56,839 nucleotides of DNA, filler included, from Sphacelaria rigidula (GCA_964200075.2; 4 parts of 4 records of this genome joined end to end with filler, not necessarily neighbours in it), one strand, 5' to 3'; shown: positions 12,254-26,500, counted from the first letter of the whole stretch. Notes: a model not told the origin generated them from the letters alone. Numbers and translations are program-made.

Positions 12254-13250
12254 CCCCAACTCTGTGCATACCGAAACACCGCATGCAGCACTACAACTGT
12301 TCAGACACTCTCGAGCGCCCATCGCACTGTGATCGTCGTAAAGTATTTTAGATGCACGACAGCACAGCGAAAACTACAGCATATAAATGGTGGGTTTGGA
12401 AAGCGCCTTGTTTGTTTTACTCGAGGCGAAATAGCCAACCCACTATGAAGATGTCAACAGGAACAGTGTCGAGAGGGTACTACATGTTGACAGCATGAGT
12501 TTTCGAGGAAACGAATGCCACGGCAGTAACGAAACAACTCACGCAGTCAGTCCCAGCAAAGACCAAACCGTCTTCGAAAAGGCCTGGAGACACCACAACG
12601 CAGCGACAGCTACAGCGCAAGAGACAGCGCATGAGTGTGTTTGTGCTGCAGCACAGTGATGAAGGACATGTGCTATGCGATAGTTCTTCCCCTGATTTCG
12701 GATGAGCTCGATTTTGGCCGAATGGTGGTTTACAAACGCTGGGCCATAATTGCGCTTTTCACGCGAAGCGCGATCATGGCCAAGCGTTCGAAAACTGACA
12801 CTCGGCAAAAAACGAGGACCCGTCTGAAATAGGGGAAGAACTGTTACATGAGACATGAAGGCAGACAGCTCCTGTCATTAAACGCTTGGGATAGAGCAGC
12901 TCCGTGCTGGCTCAGTTTGTTCCCCCCAACGTGCACGCGTCCGCCTTGCGTGTCTTCGCCGATCCCAGCACCCGACTATAGCTGAATTACGGACGGAGAC
13001 GCAACAGACAGCTGCACAGTCGTCACGTGATCGTCTCATCGTTTCAGCTTTGTGCACAGACAGTAGCTAGTGTACAGCACTTTGATCTCACCCCACTTCT
13101 GTGCTTACCGGAACACCGCATGCAGCACTACAACTGTTCAGGCACTCTCCAGCGCACATCACACCATGTTTGTCGTAGAGTGTTCAAATGCACAACAGCA
13201 CGGCGACAACTGCAGCATAAAAATGATGGGTGTGGGAAGCGCCTTGTTCC
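12254..13250. repeat. Pair of ~160-bp diverged direct repeats (~12254-12412 and ~13091-13248)
   Basis: Both contain AACACCGCATGCAGCACTACAACTGTTCAG and end in AAGCGCCTTGTT. ~13280-13352 also matches ~10066-10132 (ATAATGGGGTCACGT). Confidence 0.8.
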
Positions 13251-13379
13251 TTTGACTACATATTCTGAAAAAATAATGCTGTGTTGTGTTCAGTGTAGTA
13301 CCCTGTACTCCATATAATGGGGTCACGTTTTGGGCAGTTTTTCGAAAAGTTCCACATCCTGGACATTAGACGGCATCCA

Positions 13380-13870
13380 TTGCGATAGCAATAGAATCTG
13401 CTGCAGTAGATGCCAATATTGTCGTCCGTTTTGGCCATCGATCGGCAAGTTTATCTTTTCATTGTCGCTGGCAATGTCTATCGATAGCTTTCCAAATCCA
13501 TTGATGACGACAATGGCTATTGACAGATTGTATATCNNNNNNNNNNCTTTTCATTGTCGCTGGCAATGTCTATCGATAGCCCAGTTTCCCACACTCTTGT
13601 CTAGGCAGCAGTCTGCTATTGCCCTACACCGGAATCTATTGCGGCCGACCAAATGCGTCGATCGATAGCTTTCCAAATCCATTGATGACGACAATGGCTA
13701 TTGACAGATTGTATATCAAATCCAGTGATGACGGCAATAGCTATCGATAGGTTGCGTATGAATCTATGCATGGCGGCAATGAGTATCGATATATACATAC
13801 CAGAATCAAATGTGGTATATAATGCCTACCGACAGATTTTCTCCGCCGTCTATTGCCACACCTATATCGC
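13380..13870. repeat. ATCGATAG-rich degenerate repeat with a local duplication and a 10-N gap
   Basis: ATCGATAGCTTTCCAAATCCATTGATGACGACAATGGCTATTGACAGATTGTATATC occurs at ~13480-13536 and ~13661-13717. N-run at 13537-13546. Confidence 0.7.
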
Positions 13871-14136
13871 AACATACCACGTATACAGCATAATATACTC
13901 TGTTGAGGTACGGTACAGAAGCTGCAGGTGGACTTGCAGTGGGTATATAATGATATTATTATACTTGTGAATATATGACATACCCTTTCTACAATTATTT
14001 TGGAACGCTTGTACTTTGTAGGAATCCGCAACATGTGTAGACTAAAGTTTACAACTTTTGTTGTTGGTGTGTTGGTACTTTTGGGTGTGGGCGAGATGTG
14101 CCTATACCCTGGACAATAGACTATGTAATAGAACAT

Positions 14137-14236
14137 NNNNNNNNNNNNNNNNNNNNNNNNNNNNNNNNNNNNNNNNNNNNTTAATTAATTAANNNNNNNN
14201 NNNNNNNNNNNNNNNNNNNNNNNNNNNNNNNNNNNN
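14137..14236. other. Artificial contig linker (44N + TTAATTAATTAA + 44N)
   Basis: The identical 100-bp construct occurs three times. TTAATTAATTAA places stop codons in all six frames. Confidence 0.97.
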
Positions 14237-15380
14237 CGCTCCGGGGTTCCGTCAGTGTTTTTCTTTCTCCACCACCCACAAAACCCCCTCGACTGCGGCC
14301 CCTCCCCCCCCCCCCCCCCCCCCCCCCGAGCGGAGAAATTATCACAGTCGACAAAAAAGACCACAACGAACAAACAGATAAGAGACATATCACAAATTCA
14401 GCTCTGATTTATCACGAATTGATTGTCTTTCTCTCAGTACGAACAAGAAACGATGGAATAGAAATCGAGCAGCCCATTAACCTGAAAACGGTTCGCTTGC
14501 TTGCGTATTTATATACTTACACGTATAAAAAATCCGCTCTCGCCCTTTATACATGATGCGTCATTGTTTCAGAGGTAGTGATGAATGTCTTAATGCCTTC
14601 CTATTCTTCCCCCTCCCTTCCCCAATTTATCACAGTTCAGCGCAGCATCTCTGCTCTCTTGCGTAACCGAAACATCATACATGTCGATGACATCCAATTG
14701 AAAGCCTGGAGCAAAACCTCATCACCACAGGAACCCACTCAGACATGTGGTACAGCTAGATAGATGTGAGCGCCCGATATCCTCGTGCAGCGTAGCCTCG
14801 AATCGATCGCCCTCATCACAGATATTGCAGCGGGGACATCGACCTGAACGTTTTTCGTGAACAAGAGCCGTAAGCGGGGAGAAACCGAGGGCGGCGAGCA
14901 ATGGCGTGTGCCTCTCCGCGAATGATACAAGACCGAGTTAATTCTGAGTGGGCCGCGAATCAGTACTGACTGCCCCGTAACGAAGTCGGACCTCTCCGTC
15001 GGTGCACTGCCCACTTAGATGGCGTTGGATTGATTCCGAAGAATCCGCGAGGGTTGTGAACTACAGTACGTGTAACAAGGCGGGAATGTTGGGCAGAGCA
15101 GATGCCAGCATCAGGCCGTACCTTCTCTTCTCAGTTACATGAAGGCCCGAAAGGACTGAACGGAACGATGTCTTCGAGGTGGACATTACATCAGCCTTGG
15201 GTAATCTGATCGCCAAGAGTACTTGGATATCGGCAGCAGCATCCGCGTTTCGCGTGTGTCCCGCGCAGCTCGATACACAGCGCCGCTCAACGCTCGTACA
15301 GTGGATTCAAAGAGACAGCTGCACTCGAACACGGCACGTGTCCAGAAAGTGTCCGGCAAGCGACGATTCATCGCAGCTTT

Positions 15381-18300
15381 TCACCTTGAATCATCGTGCA
15401 CAGTAGCATCCTGTGACCCGAAGACTTCTTGTTCCAGCGAGCTCCCGAAAAATGAACGGTAATAGAAATCTTCCGTTCCCTTCCCTCCCCCGCTGCCACA
15501 ACCATCAACCGTCCCACTCAGACTGTCGCCCCCAGTGCTGCTGGTCTCTCCACAACCGCTAGACGCCCCGTGGCCATAATCAGCGACGCTATTGCTGTTG
15601 CCGCCGTCGCTACCGCCGGTGGTATCCTGCCGTAATAGTTACAGCAGAGATGCGTGTCGGGCGTGTGAATCGCCCGCCCCTACATGATCTCCAACACTGT
15701 AATAACTCCTCCGATGCAGTGTAATTAGATCATCGCAGTGATGACACGATGTGAGACGATGTACGAAGTCACTGTGTGTTTAAAGTATCCATGTAGCCGA
15801 CATCCTTACCTGCCACGCCGTCTGTCCGCGCTTCCGAACGACCTTGAGGCGTTTGTTGCCGATGAAGAAACCATTCATTCTTGCGATGGCGGCCTCGGCG
15901 TGTGTCGGTTCCGTGTAGCTCACAAATCCTGCGGAACGACAAGAGTTTGAAGTGTTGGAGTGAGCGGGGTTTTGGTTTTGCACCCACCAACAATAATTCA
16001 TAAGCCCATCTGCGTGTTGTTGACGTATGCTGCGTGTGACTTGTCTAGTCATGCCACACACAAGGCGTTACGCGGAAAGAACGACTTGGGCTGTGAGGTT
16101 CAGCACCAGTGCGGGCAGATTTTACTACAGTATGTCCTTTCATGTCCTCCATGTGTGTCGTTTCCCGTCACTTGGTGTGACCCCTCGATTTTGGTGTCCC
16201 GTATTATTACAGCTTATACTACAGGCTATGTAACATACTTCTGGCGACATCCGCGGTAAAGGAACATCGGCCCTCTAGACGTGAAAAAGTTGATTATCAG
16301 ATCTGTTTTTTTGGTTCATCCAGATAAAACCCAGAAGCCGCCGTGTAAAATGTTGTGTAGAAACAAATCGGTTGAGGTTTCCCTTGCCCTCTTGCTTCTC
16401 GCCGCACTCCCGAACTTTTTGTAATTTATACGTGAACCCCCTCGGCAATAGATCTCGCTTGACCGATTTGGGGGCCGGTAGAGCCACTCAGAAAGTTGTG
16501 CAGACAAAACCTCAGTCACGCAGATGCTCAATCATGAGCGGGACAGAAGCTGAACAGGCGGTAGCCGTGACTCAGCCCGGTATGTGCCAGCGCACAGTCC
16601 AGATTAGAACCAGGACACACGCCATCAGGGATAGCTGGGGGATCTCTGCCAAGCAAGGAGTCCCGTTGGTCACACACGGCGGGGAAGCGTACCTGGCGAT
16701 GGTATGTACACATTTTGTGTGAATTTTGAATATGTTTTTGTGGTGTTGTTGATATGTCTGTAACTCAGTAACAAAAACGAGGGGCAAGAAATCTGACCGA
16801 GGATTCGTTATCCCCGCCCAAAATAAGCCTGCCGCCACCTTTTCAGGTTTTCGTTCCGTATCCGCGCATAAAGTTTTGCTTAATTTGGGGGTTTTGAGCT
16901 TGAAAAGGCCTTTTCATCGCAAAGCTTATAATTAGCTTAATATGCTTGAAGCGAGCTCAACCTGCTTGAAACCCGCATATAACGCACATGAAATGCGCAA
17001 AAAGTTGCGATATTTTTTATGCGCCTCCTGCATCCAGCTGCCCGCAAGTACTCCATGTGGCGTGACTCGTCACCAGACAGACCGACAGGTTTCAGGCTTT
17101 AATACTCCAAATTTCAATGGTCGTGTTTTGTGTGCCTATTTTATTGCGGGTCTAATCAGCAAAACGTCCCATTCATCATCTTCATGCATGGTGCTACATC
17201 ATCTTCATACATGGTGCTACAGTATCTATGTTGTTTTAAAAAATGTAACTGAGACTATTATAGTACACTTGTACAGCGTACAACCGGTACCGGTGATTCA
17301 ACAAGATTTTCAATGTCGACTGACGGTAGATGATGGGGGGGAGAGGTGGTAGCTTGTAGCTTGTAGCTTGCCGGGCGAGAGGTCAACGGCTGCAATGCCC
17401 TGTGTCCAGAGGCTACAATGCCCTACTGCTGAATCATCTATCATAAGTGTAGTGGCATTTCTTTGCTGTTTTAGTACGTGGCTTAGAGTGTAGGTGTGCA
17501 GGTTGTGGCCTTCAAACTCAATGACTGAAGACAAAATTCATTTTTTTATTTGAGAAAAGCATCAAAACTTCGAATTCCCAACTCGTTGTCTTGTCCTCAT
17601 GCTAGAAGGCGCGCCTCGTGAGGGGATACTGCCACAACGCCACAACAAGGACGGGAATAAGGCGCATAACGCGCGCCTAAGTTGCACTAAAAAGGCTCAA
17701 AGTGGGGCTTGAAAAACAATGAAAGGGCTCATAGAAAAACATGAGTAGCTTCATTTCGAGAAAAAAACGCACATACGGAACTAAAGCCTAGAAATTTTCA
17801 GGTCAATCACGCGTTTTTTCAAACCCGGGAATATTTTCGGACCATCAGCCGGTCGCCCCGCCCCGGTGGCTCGTTTCGTGAGCTCCAAACATTCTGACGG
17901 TTGGGCCGTGGGTTTTAATCTAGTCATACAACCTGGGGTTTTCACGCCCAACAATAGAGAGCGAATATGTCGTGTGTATACAAAGTTTGGCTTCATAGTC
18001 GACGAGGGAAACGGACCGCGGAACCCCTCTCGCGACAAAAAATAAGACGAGCACCGCAGGAGGAAGGTGGAGTACTATAATAAAACACGAGAAGAAAAAA
18101 TCCTGTGTTGGTCTTCCCTCCTGTGTGACCCCGGCTGATGAGCCCACATATACCGAAAGGTATAGACCGGTGTTCAGAAAATATGGCACAACAACGATCA
18201 CGCAAACACATGCACACACAAACATCCCCGCTTCGTGCGTTTTGCTGTGTTTTCCTTAGGGGTACGAGTAAAAGCAGTTGAAACCTGGCAATAAAGAATA

Positions 18301-20539
18301 TCCTTTTTTTTCAAACCGTCAAAGCTCATACTCCAAGTAGGTTCTCATACATTTTTCAGATCCTAGTCGGGGATGGTTTATCCCCCTCGTATAAAAAATG
18401 TGTATATTCACTGCAGATAGCGCCTACATACATCTCTGTATATTATATCTGCTCTACTCGTATGGCACTCCATTTTTTGTGGCACTACGTTTTGTACTTA
18501 GTGCTTGTACTCGTACTAAACTACTGTGCCGGACCTACGCGTTGGAGAAGTTATTTGTTTTTTCTCTCCACACACACCAACGGAAAAATTGAGTGGGTAC
18601 GGGTAGTCAACACATCAACACTACGTGCAAAGCTTTTGTATATTTTCTCCATATAACTGTGCGGAGAATGTTACTCAGCAATACCATATCATGACTGAAC
18701 GGAATGTATTCGCTGTATGATGGAAGTTTGCATCTTATGTGTGTTTCAAAAATCGACTCGAACCCCGACACGACAATCTCGTAGCACTTTGACAGTGTCT
18801 CTCTTTGGCAGTATCACATACACCCCCCGTTCGAAGTGTATATATATATATATATATGTGTCCGTTTGGAACTGTCATAGTGTCATATATACCTCCCATT
18901 GGAAGTGCCATACTATCATCATAGTGTCAAAGTGTCATATCTAGAACCGATGAGCACAAGATATCGGCTACTATCCCTCATATAACGCGTCAAAGCACAC
19001 ACAATAATATTCGGCAACAACAACAACGACGACGACGACGACAGCGTAACAACACTTTCTCATTCGTTTTCTCACCGAAGCCTTTGCTCTCCCCGGTATC
19101 CCGGTCATAGTACACCTTTGCGCTCAGTACTTCTCCGAACGGTGCGAATGCGGTCGCTAGATCAGCATCCGTTAATGACCCCGGTAAATAGTAGACGAAA
19201 AGGTTCGCGCCGGAAGGGCCTACGGGCTGCTTAGCCCAGCGCCTGCCTTCCTCTTCGGGGTTGCCCATCCTCGCCACTCCCCTGTTCGATCCCTCGAAAA
19301 AACCGCCGTAGATATCATTATGCTGCTCCCCCCGAGGTTCGTCACATTGGTGTTGGACTTGTTGCTGTGAAAAACCGATGGCCGTAGATGGGAGAGGCCG
19401 ATGCGACGTCCGGAAGCTGTCGGGCCACCCTGCCGCGGTTGCATCAAAGTCACAAGTGGGAGTCATCAAGACGTTGCGACGAGGAGGGTTCGCTGCTGCT
19501 GTCGCTGCCACTTTACCCATCACAGGAGTCATCGGCTGCTGGCAGGGTGACAGCGACGACGATGCCGCCGATGTCATCGGCAAGCCGTGTGGGTAGTAGA
19601 CGTAGGTCCCCTGAGGAGCGGCACCGCACCCCCCCCCGCCGAAGTAGTATGGCACGCCCGGCATCATTGATGAAGAGGGGGCGATGGAGGGAGGCGGCAC
19701 AGCGGCGGGGGTAGCATAGCCTGCCTGCGGCGTAGTGATTGGCTGCTGCTGCTGCTGGCTAGGGGTTGATGACATATGACCGTGTGGCCAATACTCAACT
19801 GCGCTGAGACAGCCGCCGCCACCGCTGCACAAGGCAGTATTGTTAGTACCGCCGGGACGAGGAGACCGACGACGAATCGCGCGGCACGACTCTAGACATA
19901 CATCGCCACCCATGATATCGGTACTCTGCCAAGCACTGGCGCCACCAATGGCACCGCTCGAAGAAGATGGACTGCGGCGGTCGTCTGCAATGGCTACGAC
20001 GAGGGTGCGGAATCCGCCGGGCATGATGTACTTGTCGTGCAGTGCGTCGATCGCGTCCCGGGCGCTCTGCGCGGAGTCATACTTGACAAAGGCGCAACCT
20101 TTGCTGAAACCATTGCGATCGCGGATAACGTAGATGTCGACGAGGGTGCCGAAGGGTGCGAACACGGGCCGGTAGTCAGATTCGTATGCTGCCTTGGGGG
20201 CCATGCCGACGAAGAGCTTTTTCTTGCGATCCAACTGCCCGTCGTTGACCTGGGGGACGGTTCCGAGGTTCCACAATTTGAAGCGGTGCGCAACGTGCGC
20301 AGATGACGCCCGGCGGCGAGTCATCAGTCAGATGTTCGTGTGAAATGAAAAAGGATAGTCTCTGGACAGCTCGTCGGAACGACCAGAGACGTGGTTCGTC
20401 TTGACCCTGAGACTATATGTCCAGTCTCGATACCTGTCGACTTCATTGACCCCACCTTACGACGCCTCACCCTCGGTGGTCGACAAGATTGAGGTGCGTG
20501 GATAACTGATCTCCGACGCAGATAAACGTCGGGATACAT
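15381..20539 (-). CDS. CELF: CELF/Bruno-like RNA-binding protein (two RRMs visible), spliced
   Basis: Proposed exons on the minus strand: 20539-20471 (tentative), 20249-19076, 15928-15810, 15626-15381 (tentative terminal exon, TGA). RRM2-like KKLFVGMAPK...SKGCAFVKY. RRM3-like GPSGANLFVYYLP...SAKVYYDRDTGESKGF|G|FVSY...AIARMNGFFIGNKRLKV matches the CELF RRM3 signature, and its RNP1 is rebuilt in phase across the GTGAG (19075)...CAG (15929) intron. Confidence 0.88.
17847..17925 (+). mobile_element. Degenerate tRNA-derived SINE head inside the CELF intron
   Basis: AGCCGGTCGCCCC..GCCCCGGTGGCTC..TCTGACGGTTG..GGTTTTAATC resembles the copy at 56770-56839. Confidence 0.5.
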
Positions 20540-23500
20540 GGCATGACTTGCATCGTGTCATTGACTTCGTCTCCAAACCTTGTCTGGCAACCTCACCCTT
20601 GTCGAGCAGCGCAATTCCGATCCTGGAGATAGCTTTTGCCCATCAGTCGCAACCGTTGAGGGGGAAAACCATCTTCCGCCCCACGGGGGAGCAGTTGCCT
20701 CCTGCTGCTCCAGCGGGAAATCACCTGGTTTTGTGAATGTAAATGACACAGGTGCTCACAAGAAGCAAGAACCAAGGTCGTTGAATGATATCGGGTGCCT
20801 GACAGCGGTTGGCATGTTGAAACATGCGACGTATGGATCCTATAGCAGTTGTTGTTCAACCTAGTACAACGCGACACCAGCGAAGGGGTATTGACTCATT
20901 TTGGGGACTTCACTGCTGCGTTTCACAGCTGGGAGAAGCCCGCTTTTGTTTCAATCGTACCTGAAAACACTTGCTACGTTGGATAAGACGACAGAAACTC
21001 ATGCTCCTATGTTGTTGAATGTGTGCACCGAGTAAGTGTGCATCGAAATGTTGAGCATGTCAGGCAACACAATATTACTAACCTTTTAATACCTCTACGA
21101 TGTTGATTGGTATTGTACATCGTACATTGTCACGCAGTACAACTGCGATAAGACTCGACAGTAGCCTCTCACGGACTCGGCTACAAAATTCCATCACGAA
21201 GATAAAGCTCGATTCCGACGTTGCGTCCATGCATCCTACCGCACGCGTCTGTTCTACCGATTCGGCTCGCTAATGAGATACATGAAATTGGCATAAGATT
21301 TCATGTCGTAAAAATTGTCCCGAAGCTGTTTCCATTGTTGAAGTTTTGGTTGTTGGGCAAGATATTGGGATAAATATATTTTCCTTTCTCATTTTTATCC
21401 GACCAACAGCTGAGACGGAGAGACTTTTTGCAATGTCGCCAGTTTCTAATTGTAATGTGCACTGCATCATCCGAGGGGCATGAAAAGATCAACGACAAGC
21501 CACTCGCGGTTAACGGTGACCACACGGGTACTTGCGCAGTAGATACCACCGTGATCATGGCTTCAGGTGTTTGGCGTATTTGTACTCTTCGTGTGCATGA
21601 AAAATATGCGACATGCCTGGTGCTGCCTGCTTTTGCACATATCAAGAGCAAGTAACTGCAAATGTTTGATGAACCAGGCTCTGGCTGTTTTTCCCTTGGC
21701 TATGTATAATCTTGTGTGACAGAGTTCGAGCCCCGCTTCTTCTGCAGAAATCCGTCACGGGAGAAAGAACCCTTGACTGTCTATGAACATATTTTCTTAC
21801 CGCAGGCCGGGTCTGTGCGTGTAGAGTACATATCTGAGTCTAAGCTATATGTCACGCATAGCTTTTGGGTAAGCCGCAACAGCGGCCCGCTACTCATCGT
21901 AAGAAAACAAGTTTGGAGCCAGACTAAATTCCTTTGTCACACCCTCAGCCCGAAATATAAACACACGCACTTTGTAATACCGCATGGACAATACTTGCAG
22001 GCTACCCTGTAATTCTGTTCGAGATGAAATATGTCGTTTATGTTAGTGTATGAGATTATGAAAGAAAGTATATCGCGGAAAGCCAGTACATTGTCCGTGC
22101 AGCACTGTAAGTCAACTTCCGAATACCACCCTACCGATTGGTAGAGCAGATTTAGTTGAAGTGACGAAGACACGCATAACTGAAACGTGAATGAGCCCCG
22201 CCATCCTCACCTCGTGTAACGGATGTGTTATCCATATCTCCCCAAATCCCGTATATCCGCCTCCGAAGTTGAGCGCAAAGATAGAACAGCTTGCTCACAG
22301 GAACAGACGATACGCCGCAGTCAACCCTTGAGCGCGAGCGTACTCACTGCTGGATGAACTCGCCAGTATACATTGTACGGGGAGCATGCGATCGAATAAA
22401 TAGCCGTTCACTAAGCGATTGTAGCTTGTATACATAGTCTATCTAGAGTGATGATACACGAAGGCTAAGACATTACAGTGCCATTCATGTCAGTTCAAGT
22501 CTTCTGTCAATTCCGTACCTAAAGCGAACGTCTGCGGACACCGTATGGATGCGGCGCGATTAGCCTCTAGATATCCATGTCCATGAGTATGTACAGGTAA
22601 GATGCTGCATCTTGCTCACTCACCCGACGGCGGCGGTTGTCCAGTGTTATTTTCTTTCAGTGTGCTGATTTTCACATCGACCTGTTGCTGTTGCCTCTGT
22701 TCTGGTTCTTGCCCGAGAGAGTGCAGAGTGGGTGTGATGGTAGTACGAAGTCGCTCTGTTTGATATCTTTGATGGATGGACTCTATCCGCGGCGCTGACA
22801 GTACCGTTGCCTCTAGAGTGAACGACTGGTGGTTGGCGTGTGGTATCGGTTGCCTAGCTCGTACGTCTCTTGTCTGACACGATCGGCTCTTGATGCTATA
22901 AAAAGCTGGAATCCAAGGTAGGCGAGAAGTCGCCGCAAACAAGCCCGAAAAACACGTGCGGCGTAAAAGATTGGGGACACAGCTCACGTAGTTTTGAAAC
23001 CGTCCTCGAGGCGATGACTTTCATTTTCGCCGCATGTTGTCGAGATCCGGATCCAAATCATGCGCCAGCCAGCGCAGCTGCCAGTGATGGTGACGGGTTT
23101 TGAAGTCAATTTGAGAACAGGGGCCGGGTGCGGCTTGAGAGCTGGCGGCGACCGATCGATATCCGCCCGATCGATATCTGTCGCGACGAAAAAACATGAA
23201 GTAGAGCATGAACCCACGACGGGAAGGTGCCGCTGTCTCCTGCTCCAATCTAGCACAGAACAAGATATCTCGGATTAGTGCTTTTCTATCTGAACGCTCT
23301 CCACTGAGCCATGTCTCGGCCGCGATGCTGACTGTACTGACTGTAACGGCCTGATATCACGCACCTAATACAAAGTCTACTCGCTTCCATTGGCCACATC
23401 TTCCACACGTTCCGCTGATCCCCAGGGAAAATTGGGCTGGACGCGATTGACACCCCAGTCGTATCCACAACAGTGTAGTGCTGTACCGTGGTGCGCTAGA

Positions 23501-26500
23501 AACGACACCAAACCCAACAGAAAGATGACACACAAAACAAATACCCTTGGGGTTCAACCGTTGTTATCTTGACGGCGACCGGGATTCTGGATGTACCTTG
23601 GTTGGAATCCATCCACCTATGAAACCTGCCATCTCAAACAGCAGGACACAATCTGACCGTCCTGCAGCTGCAAAGAAAACGTTTTCCCCCAGCAATCACA
23701 GAGACTCCACCTTCATGCCGTCTCGGTTTCGGTGAGTGCGGGTGACGGTGTGTGTTGTCGATAATGCAATTATTCAGTATTTGTAGCAGACTCAGTCGAG
23801 ACTCTACTTAACTGTAGGTGCGTCTCTACCGGGGCGATCTGACCTGTATGCAGGAGGCGACCACGCACACAGAAGGAACCAACGGATATAGAGTTCGAGT
23901 TCAGAACTTGGCTGCAGCCGTCTTTCCAGGGAACAGCGAGCGCAGGGCTATGGCCATACCCACCTCCGTGAAACGGGATGTCTGCAATCTTTTTCGAAGC
24001 CGACGGGTACTTATACTTGCACGTGTAGTTGATGATTTTGCCGATAGTGCTGTACTGTTGTACGTGGTCGTGTATGCATACTGCACATTCGTGAACCGCA
24101 TCATCATGCGGTCGCTGTGTCTTCTTCGACTGCGGCGAAGAGCCTCTAAAATGACTCCGCTATCGAAATTTGCCACAACAGCAAGCAAAGTCTGTACTCT
24201 CCCCTCCTCTGCTAATCTCCACCATGTCAATTGTTTGCTGTGACCTCGTCGACATGCGTATCTTCGTGCTCGCGTACGTTGAAACGGAACCTCGCCCGTC
24301 TACAGCCCGCCTTGGCGTAGGTCTCCGTCCTCTACTGTGTATGTACGGTACTCTAGGTGCTGTACGGTATCCAAGTGTACACGGCCTATATAATCCGTGA
24401 GCGTCACGCGGTTGCATGCTCCTCGTCTTCCTTGCTCGCATGCTTGTTTACAGGTCATGATGACGGGACAGCAGGAACATGTAGGGATATCGTGTATTTG
24501 CACGCAATCACGTTCAGCAAACGACCAGAGCGACTTCGACCGAATGAGCGTTTCACGACATTCAAACGGGGTAGAGTTTGTTAAACAATATTTGCGCCAG
24601 GCCCTAGGAGATTTTCGGGCCTTTTCTCGAACAATCATGATTCGAACAAACTGAAGACATGGCAGGAAAAAACACCGGGACTGAGGGATGGGTTCTACAA
24701 CCGCATGTCGCAGGGCCCTCCAAAAATCCCAACAAGAGACCAGAAGGAAAAACGGAGGCACTTCATACCCTAATTCTTCAAGGAAGCACGACATTCAAAA
24801 CGCTCGCGTACAGACAACAGGTGAACGACAGACAGGACCACGCTGTAATGTAGATACACCACATCATCGAGTAAGGGTTATCACTCGTGGATTTCTTCAA
24901 TGTCTACTACTTCTTATTCAGTACATGAATCTGAACAAGCAGTATGTCGTGCTCATCCAGATAATTTTGCAGATCGGAAGGGGGCAATTTTTGCCCCCAA
25001 AGTACTGTACATTCAATATAAATGCTAAAATGCCCGGGACGACAGTCTGTTATGAGCATGTTCTTCAAGGCGCGCTACTCGTACAGTGCTACACTCAGTA
25101 CATTGATGAGAGTAGTATTATAGTTCAAAATGACGGGAGCAGAGTACGGTGGTGCAGCGCTTCTTCCTATGGGGCATCCTGATGAATAGAACCTCTACTA
25201 GAAGATGAAATTTGAGGCTCAAACATGGTGTATGTATCCAGCTCCAATCTTCATTCTATTCATTGGTGGGGGGCAAGAGGGGAGTGTGATGAGTGTAGTT
25301 TGTAGAAAAAAAGGTGCCCGCCGCCCTCTTGAAATACCACGGGTGGTGTACTTGTATACTCCAGTAGAATGCAAGTTCAAGGTGTCTAATAGGGTCCTTC
25401 TTATGGGCACATCTATGCAAAATATCTCGTTGACCAAAACGCCTTCGAATTTTGGTATGATTCAGCGCCGAATTTCGTCGGAAAACGCGACTTGGTGGAT
25501 TGCACCACCTCACAAGGATCATTTGCTGTACTTTCCGAGCTGCCGAGAGGATTCCAGCTCATTTTTCTGTCTCTCGTACGCCTGTTCAACTTCTTTTGCC
25601 GGGACTATTGAATGCGAATTCTCAAACAACCCACCAAAACCTTCGAGCTATAGAAAAAACACATGCAAATCTCAGAGAAATACGGTAGTGTTGGGGTTGT
25701 TGAAAACATTATTGGTAGTTCGGCCAAAAAGTCAAACTGGGCGCACGAAATATCGGAAAGTGCGCTAGAATCCTCCCGGAGAGTACAGCAAGTCTCCCCG
25801 AGCTGGCAAAATCCGCCAAGCCCCGTATTCCATCTAAAATAGGCACCAACTCACCATAAATATACAGTTGTTGGAGAGTTTTTTTCGCAGCGCAAGAACG
25901 GCCGTCCGCTAGAAACAATGTTTTCGTGAGATTGAGAGTAAAGGATACGATTGAGAGCGAGAAGCGGTCAATTACTGAATGAATCGTTCCAGTTCCGATA
26001 TGCCCCCCCCCATGAGGCCCGATATGCTTTCTGTAGTAGCTAGCTTGCCACTGAAGCCCTTCGTATCCCTGAGTAGGGTATCGACGTGTAGCTGTAAGCA
26101 CACACCAGTGTTACTTTACACGCGAAGAAAAGCACACAGAATGAAAAGTTGGCCAAGTTGAAGCGAATGATGAAACCCACTCTCGATCATCAGCGCCTTA
26201 CCCTTAATCTTCTCACGAAAACATTGTTTAGAGTTGTAGCGGTGGTATTTACGTATTTACTCGAGGATTGAGGGTTTCATTTAGGGTCACTAATAGTATA
26301 CATTTTTTGTCGTGTAAATCTCTCCAAATGTCAGATGTCGCCCATGTCGGAGCCAGTTCTCCCCACTCTCGCGCCCCATGAGAGCCTAAGGGCGCCCAAA
26401 ATACCCCCGCTAGAAATGGCCCCCGGATATCACTGATGATCTAGGCAACACAGGCTCTGCCGGGTCCATGAACACAGTGATGAACGCATGACAGTATCCA

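Noticed and set aside
14181..14192. TTAATTAATTAA as a biological motif
   Set aside because: It is centred in fixed-length N runs three times, so it is a synthetic six-frame stop linker.
18990..20324. Single-exon 444-aa RRM protein as given in the ORF track
   Set aside because: Both ends run into introns. RRM3 is completed only by splicing to 15928-15810.
21512..21570. HGYLRSR.. as the missing LPMO His1 exon
   Set aside because: An in-frame TGA lies just upstream, there is no signal peptide, and it is on a different contig from the LPMO.
23818..24794. Medium-length ORFs on both strands upstream of CELF
   Set aside because: No recognisable motifs or consistent exon chain. They could be decayed sequence.
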